64,000 nucleotides of DNA from Candidatus Parcubacteria bacterium (lineage in GTDB: Bacteria; Patescibacteriota; Patescibacteriia; Patescibacteriales; UBA12075): NCBI GenBank assembly GCA_002869165.1, contig PKTK01000005.1, forward strand, positions 2,553-66,552. The letters run 5' to 3'. How positions within the stretch are numbered: the first letter of the stretch is position 1; every line of letters begins with the position of its first letter. A program made the position numbers and the translations under genes. Shown piece after piece: positions 27,023 through 33,958 of this stretch. Under the pieces are notes generated by a model that saw nothing but the letters and a program-made list of their open reading frames with translations, did not search any database and was not told the origin of the DNA.

Positions 27023-27880
27023 TTATTTTTGACATTGAGAACAATAAACTGTTCCTCTGCCATTTAGCTTAATTTTTGTTAATTTATTTTTACATTTATT
27101 ACATTGCTCTCCACCTCTTCCATATACCTGAAGCAGCTTAACAAATGATCCTTTTTTCCCTCTAGCATCTACATAATTATTAAAGGTTGTTCCTCGAGCC
27201 TTAATTGCTTTTTTTATAATTGTGTTGCTTGAATTAAAAATTTTCTTTATCTCTTCATCACTTAAAGTATTTGCAATTCGATCTGGCCTCACTCCTGCAC
27301 GAAACAATATTTCGTCTGCATAAATATTTCCTATACCAGCTACAAGTTTTTGATTCAGCAATAAATTTTTTATATTTATCTTTCTGCTTTTTATTATCTC
27401 TTTTAATTTTTCTATACGGAAATTTTTTTGCAATGGCTCTATACCATATGATTCTATAGTCTCGACCAATTCTCCTCCATTCACAACCTTCATGTATCCA
27501 AAAGTTCTCATGTCATTAAAATAAAGCTTTGAGTCATCATCAAAAGTAAAAATTATGTATGAATATTTATTTCTTTCAAACTCTGGATTATCGCCCGTAC
27601 TATGACCGCCTGCTAAATTTGTTTTTTTTGATGAATAAACTAGCTGGCCAGTCATTTTCAAATGAACTAATAGATATTTGGCGTTGTCCATTTCCAAAAT
27701 TATTAATTTACCAACTCTTCTAATGTCTTTCACTGTTTTATTTTTCAGTGATTTCAAAAACTCATTTTTCTTATTTTTTACTAACCTTTCCAAAACAATT
27801 TCAATATTTTTAATTTTTTTGCTGATTAAATATTTTTTCAAATCTTGGCGAATTGTTTCGACTTCTGGTAATTCTGGCAT
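27023..27880 (-). CDS. mutM: formamidopyrimidine-DNA glycosylase
   Basis: MPELPEVE N-terminus, H2TH region, C-terminal zinc finger CNKC...CSQC. Confidence 0.9.
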   Translation of the reverse strand: MPELPEVETIRQDLKKYLISKKIKNIEIVLERLVKNKKNEFLKSLKNKTVKDIRRVGKLIILEMDNAKYLLVHLKMTGQLVYSSKKTNLAGGHSTGDNPEFERNKYSYIIFTFDDDSKLYFNDMRTFGYMKVVNGGELVETIESYGIEPLQKNFRIEKLKEIIKSRKINIKNLLLNQKLVAGIGNIYADEILFRAGVRPDRIANTLSDEEIKKIFNSSNTIIKKAIKARGTTFNNYVDARGKKGSFVKLLQVYGRGGEQCNKCKNKLTKIKLNGRGTVYCSQCQK

Positions 27881-27989
27881 ATTTTTTTCTTTAACTAAGT
27901 ATTATTATAACAAATAATAATTATATTGCTAGTTTTTTGTCCAATTGAGTATAAAGTGTTATAATCTTAGCATATTAATAAACAACGAT

Positions 27990-28805
27990 ATGAACTACGA
28001 TATAATTTTAGAAAAATCCATTGAAGTTGCCAAAGAAGCAGGCAGGACTGCTATGAAATTTTATGGCAAAGAACAACATGTCAAAATGAAAGCCAAGGCG
28101 AGCCCCGTCACTGATGCTGACCTTGCCTCAAACAAAATAATTCTGGATGGACTCAAGGAATTTGGCTTTGAATATCTAAGCGAAGAAGATCAAAAAGACA
28201 AAAAACGTTTTGGAGCTCCATATGTTTGGGTGATTGATCCGCTTGATGGCACCAAAGACTTCATCCAGATGACTGGTGAGTTCACAATCATGTTTGCGCT
28301 CACAAAAAAATTTAAAGGGAATGTTTACAGGCCAGTGCTAGGCATCATCTACCAACCCCAAAAGAAAAATCTTTACTACGCTATAAAAGATTGTGGTGCT
28401 TACGTGCTTGAAAAATTAAAGAAAAAAAGAAAGCTTTCCGTTTCCAAACGAACTCGCCCTTCTTCTCTTCATATGCTATCTAGTAGGAATCATGGCACCG
28501 AATTGGAAAAAGAAGTGGCGTTTGTGTATGGGGTTAAACACAAAAAAGAACTAGGTTCATCTCTCAAGGCTTGTTTAATAGCTGATAAAGTTGGCGATGT
28601 TAGTTTCAATCCTTCAACTCACACTTACGAATGGGATGTGTGTGCTTCTGATTTGATTATCCATGAAGCAGGAGGTAAATTTACCACCACCAAAGGAGAA
28701 TTATTTTCATACAATAAAAAAGATCCACGAAATTATGATGGATACTTGGCAAGCAATGGACTAGTGCATAAAGATTTTTTAAAGGTTATCAAGAAAATGT
28801 CCTAA
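27990..28805 (+). CDS. inositol monophosphatase / CysQ-family phosphatase
   Basis: WVIDPLDGTKDF metal-binding motif and a later WDVCASDLIIHEAGG. The ATG at 27990 (MNYDIILEK) is preferred over the track start. Confidence 0.75.
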   Translation: MNYDIILEKSIEVAKEAGRTAMKFYGKEQHVKMKAKASPVTDADLASNKIILDGLKEFGFEYLSEEDQKDKKRFGAPYVWVIDPLDGTKDFIQMTGEFTIMFALTKKFKGNVYRPVLGIIYQPQKKNLYYAIKDCGAYVLEKLKKKRKLSVSKRTRPSSLHMLSSRNHGTELEKEVAFVYGVKHKKELGSSLKACLIADKVGDVSFNPSTHTYEWDVCASDLIIHEAGGKFTTTKGELFSYNKKDPRNYDGYLASNGLVHKDFLKVIKKMS

Positions 28806-28810
28806 AAAGC

Positions 28811-28933
28811 TTAAACTCTAAATTCTAAACCCTAAACAATATTCAAAATAAAAAATTCAAAACTAAAATGTTTTGAATTTTTTATTTTAAGTTTTGAGTT
28901 TGTTTGAGGTTTAGAGATTAGATTTTGGAATTT
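28811..28933. repeat. ~55-bp-arm imperfect inverted repeat built from short A/T-rich words
   Basis: The left arm ...CTAAACCCTAAACAATATTCAAAATAAAAAATTCAAAAC pairs with the right arm GTTTTGAATTTTTTATTTTAAGTTTTGAGTTTGTTTGAGGTTTAG... The inner ~19 bp are perfect and the outer part is degenerate. Confidence 0.7.
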
Positions 28934-29026
28934 AATTTAATCCTGTACTTTTAAAAAAACTCCATCATGTCCTATTGTTATATATCCTGATGGTGCTTCA
29001 TTCCAAGAAGCAGTATTGAAATATCT

Positions 29027-29620
29027 TTATCCTTTTTTCTTTTTTTCAAGCAACTTATGAGTGTGGCCACAAAAGACATAATCAGCCTTAAGTAGTTTGG
29101 CTAATCTCAGAGCACCTTTAGCAACTTCACTAGATCCTCTTTTCCAGGTTTTATTGTGCAACTTAATATAATCAACTAAAATTCTTTTTTTATCAATTTT
29201 TTTTAAAGCGTCATAAAAAATAAAAGCTATCTGACTCAAAATATAATTATTTGAAAGAAATTTATCAAACTGATGCCCATGAATTGCGAGAAATTTTTTT
29301 CCATTATATATCCAAGAATATCTGTGACAAACTTTTATGCCCAACAATTTAAATAAAACATGACCAGGAGCATCATGATTACCAAGCACCCAAACAACCT
29401 CTCTTTTGGCACTTAATTCTCGAAACTTAGAAAGGATCTCCCAGTGTTTAGTATGTAAACGATTAAAGTTTAGACCATCTAATATATCACCATTCAAGAT
29501 CAATCTCTTAAAGCTATATTTTTTTAATAAGCTCAAAATCTCCTTACAGCGCGTTGAGGAATCTCCTAAGTGAATATCCGAAATAATCAAAGTATTGATT
29601 TTCTTCTTAATGTTTTTCAT
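29027..29620 (-). CDS. calcineurin-like metallophosphoesterase
   Basis: ISDIHLGD, NGDILD, GNHD, GHQFD and GHTH motifs in canonical order. Confidence 0.8.
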   Translation of the reverse strand: MKNIKKKINTLIISDIHLGDSSTRCKEILSLLKKYSFKRLILNGDILDGLNFNRLHTKHWEILSKFRELSAKREVVWVLGNHDAPGHVLFKLLGIKVCHRYSWIYNGKKFLAIHGHQFDKFLSNNYILSQIAFIFYDALKKIDKKRILVDYIKLHNKTWKRGSSEVAKGALRLAKLLKADYVFCGHTHKLLEKKKKG

Positions 29621-29694
29621 TTAGTAATTGTAGCATTTTTTTAGGCTAAAAAAAAGACGGCTAATTAAATTAGCCGTTTATAAAAATTAGTTTT

Positions 29695-30720
29695 TTACGT
29701 TGAAACAATTTCTTCTCCAATATTATAATCAAAAAATAAAGAATCAGGCAAATCATCAATATATGTATTCCATTTTTCTCCATACATATTCTCTGCAACA
29801 CTAGTTGACTGAACCCATCTCAGTGTTCCTCCTCTTTCAACCACATAAACTTTTGAACTTGTTTGCATTTTAATCATTCTGCTACCTGGTTTATAGGTAA
29901 CATTTCCACCCAAGGGAATAGCTTCCATTTCTTTAACTCCTAAAATTACTACATCAGAAAAATCATCATACCAAGAATAAAATATTTTTTCATTGGGAAA
30001 AATATATCTTTTTGAATCCGCTCCACAATAATAAACTGTTGAGTAGTCTGCCATTTTTATTAGCGTATTTGACTCGCACAAACTTTCACTCGAAGATACA
30101 ATATTTTTATCATCATTTATTGTTCCACTCAACTCCTTAGCAATTTCTGGATTATATTCCTCTGAATTAAGCGCCGCCAATAAGCTATTATAAGGATTTA
30201 TTGGCTCATTGTTTGGTTTTCTAATTTCAAAATGCAAATGATGGCCTACTGATTCTGCATTACCAGAGTCCCCCATATACCCAATCAATTGACCACGCTT
30301 AACACTTACTCCTCTTTCTATGCCTTCTGCATAAGCATTTTTTATTCCGCCGTTTCCATCATCTGTTCCCGGAGTGTCATTGTTTATATGAAGATAATGA
30401 TAGGTGTAGTCATCGCTTCCTTTTATCGTAATAGCATAACCCCAAGACCCCTCAGGATTTACCATATAAGAAACAACCCCATCAACTGCCGCATACAAAG
30501 GCGCCATTTGCTCTCCCATTATATCAGTTCCTTCATGAAAATGATTATAACGGTCCGCTCCAAAAGTATCACTAAATTCAAAACTTATGTCAGTGTGAAA
30601 ATAAATGTCTTTTATAGCAACTTCTTGTGCTTTTAAAGTTTGAATTGATAATGACAAAGAAATAGCTAAAATAATAATAAAATATTTAATTGTATTTTTT
30701 ATATTTTTCACAATTAACAT
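29695..30720 (-). CDS. secreted M23-family metallopeptidase with C-terminal extra domain
   Basis: Signal or anchor sequence, HEGTDI (HxxxD) and GHHLHFEI (HxH), with ~150 aa of unassigned C-terminus. Confidence 0.8.
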   Translation of the reverse strand: MLIVKNIKNTIKYFIIILAISLSLSIQTLKAQEVAIKDIYFHTDISFEFSDTFGADRYNHFHEGTDIMGEQMAPLYAAVDGVVSYMVNPEGSWGYAITIKGSDDYTYHYLHINNDTPGTDDGNGGIKNAYAEGIERGVSVKRGQLIGYMGDSGNAESVGHHLHFEIRKPNNEPINPYNSLLAALNSEEYNPEIAKELSGTINDDKNIVSSSESLCESNTLIKMADYSTVYYCGADSKRYIFPNEKIFYSWYDDFSDVVILGVKEMEAIPLGGNVTYKPGSRMIKMQTSSKVYVVERGGTLRWVQSTSVAENMYGEKWNTYIDDLPDSLFFDYNIGEEIVST

Positions 30721-30768
30721 AATAGCATTTTTTAAACAATAAAAAAAGCAAGTCCCTCCTAGGCTTGC

Positions 30769-31386
30769 TTATTTTTTCCCATAGTTATTAAAACTTCTTG
30801 CTTTTCTTGTTTGATTTTCTCTTTCGTACAATTCCTCTAGCTCGGGTGATGTTATTTTCATTCTATAATGTTGACCAAAAACTCTACCATTTCGCTTGTC
30901 TTCTTCAAGTTTTTTCAATCTTTCACGCTCTTCTTCTGTTCCTTTGTACAGTTTTTGTCTGTCTTTTGCCCTGAACCTTTTTTTTATCTCAACATCTCCC
31001 TGAATAAAAGACTTCTCCTCACCAAAAACAATTTCTACATCATCAATTATTATATCTCTAACAAAATAGGACATATGTTCAATTTCTTTTCTCATACCAA
31101 TAAAATTCAAACAAGTAGCCACTTGTCTGATTTTTTTTCTATACAAATTCATTGGCAGTAAACAATAACTACATATAAAATCATGTTTTTCGCTGGCAAA
31201 ATAATCTTTGACCATTCTTTTACAAAACGTATCACATAAACAACAATTCTGTTTTTTATACTCATCAAGCAGTGGTAGTAACAATTCGTATTCTTTACAC
31301 AAAAAACACGTCAAAGTAATCCCCAGATCCATATCAGTTAAACCAGATTTTATATCCAACAATTTACAATCATTTATAACTAACAT
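30769..31386 (-). CDS. hypothetical Cys-rich protein
   Basis: The N-terminal 100 aa carry 13 Cys, including CFLC, CCLC..FC and CSYC. The C-terminus is highly charged. No family recognised. Confidence 0.45.
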   Translation of the reverse strand: MLVINDCKLLDIKSGLTDMDLGITLTCFLCKEYELLLPLLDEYKKQNCCLCDTFCKRMVKDYFASEKHDFICSYCLLPMNLYRKKIRQVATCLNFIGMRKEIEHMSYFVRDIIIDDVEIVFGEEKSFIQGDVEIKKRFRAKDRQKLYKGTEEERERLKKLEEDKRNGRVFGQHYRMKITSPELEELYERENQTRKARSFNNYGKK

Positions 31387-31782
31387 TTTCCCCTCCTTAT
31401 TATTTTTAAAGATCTAGGTTTAGATTAATACATGGAAAAATAATTGTCAAAATTTTTATAATTAATACAAATTCCAGCTTTTTAAAAATACAAAGCTAAA
31501 CAAATTTATAAAAATAACTTTTTCAAAAACTTTCCTGTTTAATATTAAGTAAAATATATAAATTATTATTCTTTTTAAGAAGTCAAAACACTATTATAAT
31601 TATTTTATCAGATAGAGATTGTATTGTTGTTATTAAGAAAAACATCATTGCAATTTTTAACTCTAATAAGTAACAATATATAAATATTAGTTATTAACTA
31701 GATATTTAATTCAATTATAAACAAAGGGTTGGATAAAAAATATTAATTAGTTTCAAATAATTTTTAGAACTGAATTGATTGA

Positions 31783-32292
31783 ATGCAACGTGGATATACC
31801 TATAGCAGTATTATGGTGTATAATATAATTATGTATATAAATAAAAAATTTTTTAATACAATTAAACCTATTTTAAATCGATTAGAAGATAAAATTGGTA
31901 ATGATTTTATTGTTTTTGGTTCCGCTCCTTTATACTTAATTGGAATTGTTGATTTTAATAAAAATATAAATGATTTGGATGTTGCAATAAAAGAAAAAAA
32001 TAAAATACCAAAAGAAGCTAATGAAGTTACTTTTCAAGGAGACCCAAATCAGAAACTTTATAAATTGAAAATTAATAACATTGAAGTAGATATAGGGACT
32101 TGTTGGCCAGGACAAGAAAACTACTTTTATAAATTATTTAACAATCATATAGTGGTAGATGGTTTTAAGTTTGCGAATTTGGACGTGTGCGAGGAATGGA
32201 AAGAACGAATGGTTAAAAAATACAACAGAGAAAAAGATAAAAAATATTTAATAAAAATTAAAAAATATAGAGCTAAACAAAAAGACGAGTAA
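31783..32292 (+). CDS. hypothetical protein, possible minimal nucleotidyltransferase fold
   Basis: FIVFGSAPLYL ... INDLDVAI resembles the GS...DxD NTase core. The real start may be the ATG at 31831 (MYINKKF). It is followed by the hairpin AAAAGACGAGT..ACTCGTCTTTTT. Confidence 0.4.
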   Translation: MQRGYTYSSIMVYNIIMYINKKFFNTIKPILNRLEDKIGNDFIVFGSAPLYLIGIVDFNKNINDLDVAIKEKNKIPKEANEVTFQGDPNQKLYKLKINNIEVDIGTCWPGQENYFYKLFNNHIVVDGFKFANLDVCEEWKERMVKKYNREKDKKYLIKIKKYRAKQKDE

Positions 32293-32504
32293 TAACTCGT
32301 CTTTTTGTAAACCGTGGGTGGCTAGAGGGAATCGAAGGCCTATCGGGTGTTTTTCAAACTCGAATACGCTAATTTGTTTTATTAATATTTTTTACTGTCA
32401 AGCCACTGTTTATTATTTATTATTACCCCCACCACACAAAATTCATCATCCTTCAAACGACCCAAACATAAAAGACTCCAAAAAATTGGAGTCTTTTATG
32501 TTTG

Positions 32505-32577
32505 GGTGGCTAGAGGGAATCGAACCCTCATCATCGGTACCACAAACCGATGTTCTAGCCGTTGAACTATAGCCACC
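32505..32577 (-). tRNA. tRNA-His (anticodon GUG)
   Basis: The reverse complement reads GGTGGCTATAGTTCAACGGCTAGAACATCGGTTTGTGGTACCGATGATGAGGGTTCGATTCCCTCTAGCCACC. The extra 5' G(-1) opposite C73 is the His hallmark. Confidence 0.9.
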
Positions 32578-32759
32578 ATGTTTAATTTTTCAATCAAGAA
32601 TTAAAAAATGGAAAATTGTATATTCTTAATTCTTAATTGATAATTTTTAATTGAAAATAATGCGCCCGGATCGAAGAGGCGGAAGCCCCACTGCAGATTA
32701 TTTCAATCTAATATCCAGACAAACATAAATTTATACAGCAAAAGCTATACAAATTTCTG

Positions 32760-32831
32760 TGCGCCCGGAGAGAATCGAACTCCCATAGCCAGCTTAGAAG
32801 GCTGGTGTTCTATCCATTGAACTACGGGCGC
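32760..32831 (-). tRNA. tRNA-Arg (anticodon UCU)
   Basis: The reverse complement reads GCGCCCGTAGTTCAATGGATAGAACACCAGCCTTCTAAGCTGGCTATGGGAGTTCGATTCTCTCCGGGCGCA, with anticodon loop CTTCTAA. Confidence 0.9.
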
Positions 32832-33030
32832 AAATGAAAAAGAAAAAGCCGTTTTGGTCGGCTATTCTTTAAATAATATACTAAAGAAACCAACAAAAGT
32901 CAATACCAATAATAAACTTGTATTTTTTCGAAAAAAGTTGTTAAATATTCCTAGTAAAACAAATTTTCTTTATTCTCCTTCTTTCTTTTGCTATAATAAT
33001 ATTAATAACCAATACATTATTAATAACAAT

Positions 33031-33957
33031 ATGACAAAAGACATTAAATCAGAAATTAGAAAAGCTTATTTACTAAACAAATACGTTATTATCACGCCTG
33101 GAAGAGCTAAAAGACCACGGGATGTGAAAGAAGAAACTATTATCAAACGTAGCAGTGAATGTCCTTTTTGCCCTGAAAACATCAACGATGAAAATATTAC
33201 CGACCAGATCAAGATTAATGGTAAATGGAGAGTTTTAAGTATAAAAAATATTTTTCCAGCCGTGACCTTAGATAATGACAAAGCCTATGGAACCCAGGAA
33301 GTAATCATTGAAAACCGAGATCATTCCAAGGAAATGTCTGATTTAAACGAAAGACAAATTAAAAATGTACTTAAAATGTATGCTAAGCGCACCAAAGAAA
33401 TTTCCAAAAATGAAAAAATTGATTACGTGCTTTGTTTTAAAAATCAGGGCTCAAAAGCAGGTGCTTCAATAATTCACGCTCACTCACAGATTTTTGCCTC
33501 TCATATTTTACCACCCGATGTCCACGAAGAACTTGGTTTAGCTACTTCATACAAAATCGAAAAACACTCTTGTCCATATTGTGATATTATAAAAAAAGAA
33601 ATGAATAGCCCAAGGAAAATTTGGGAAAACAAATTTGCCTGTGCAATCGCTCCTTATGCTTCTGAATACCATTATGAAGCTTGGATTTTTACTAAGCGCC
33701 ACATTGATAATATAACAAACTGTAATGAACAGGAATTAGACTCACTTGCGGCAGCACTTAAAAAAATATTGGTTAAATTAAAAAAACTTGATTTATCATT
33801 TAATTTTTATATGCATCAAGTTATATCTGATAAAAATCAACACTTTTATATAAAAATTCAACCAAGAGACTCTGTTTGTGCGGGTGTAGAACTAGGTTCA
33901 GGCCTGGTTATAAACTCAGTTCCTCCTGAAGTAGCTAGTGAATACTATAGAGAATAA
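33031..33957 (+). CDS. GalT-like HIT-family hexose-1-phosphate nucleotidyltransferase/phosphorylase
   Basis: Zinc motif SECPFCPEN and active-site HAHSQIF (HxHxQ). The ATG at 33031 (MTKDIKSEIRKAYL) is preferred. The 59 upstream codons of the track ORF run into the tRNA-Arg flank. Confidence 0.7.
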   Translation: MTKDIKSEIRKAYLLNKYVIITPGRAKRPRDVKEETIIKRSSECPFCPENINDENITDQIKINGKWRVLSIKNIFPAVTLDNDKAYGTQEVIIENRDHSKEMSDLNERQIKNVLKMYAKRTKEISKNEKIDYVLCFKNQGSKAGASIIHAHSQIFASHILPPDVHEELGLATSYKIEKHSCPYCDIIKKEMNSPRKIWENKFACAIAPYASEYHYEAWIFTKRHIDNITNCNEQELDSLAAALKKILVKLKKLDLSFNFYMHQVISDKNQHFYIKIQPRDSVCAGVELGSGLVINSVPPEVASEYYRE

Positions 33958-33958
33958 T

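Noticed and set aside
26970-27044. The 25-codon N-terminal extension of rubrerythrin given by the track (start 27044).
   Set aside because: The extension overlaps the 3' end of mutM by 22 nt and is hydrophobic and unlike the family. The canonical rubrerythrin N-terminus begins at the internal ATG at 26969.
28811-28850. Telomere-like CCCTAAA / CTAAACCCTAAAC sequence.
   Set aside because: It is a single short occurrence forming one arm of an inverted repeat inside a circular-type bacterial gene context. The similarity to plant-type telomere repeats is coincidental.
32318-32572. 84-aa ORF spanning the tRNA-His region.
   Set aside because: It is composed of the tRNA-His gene, its terminator and the duplicated tRNA fragment read on the opposite strand.
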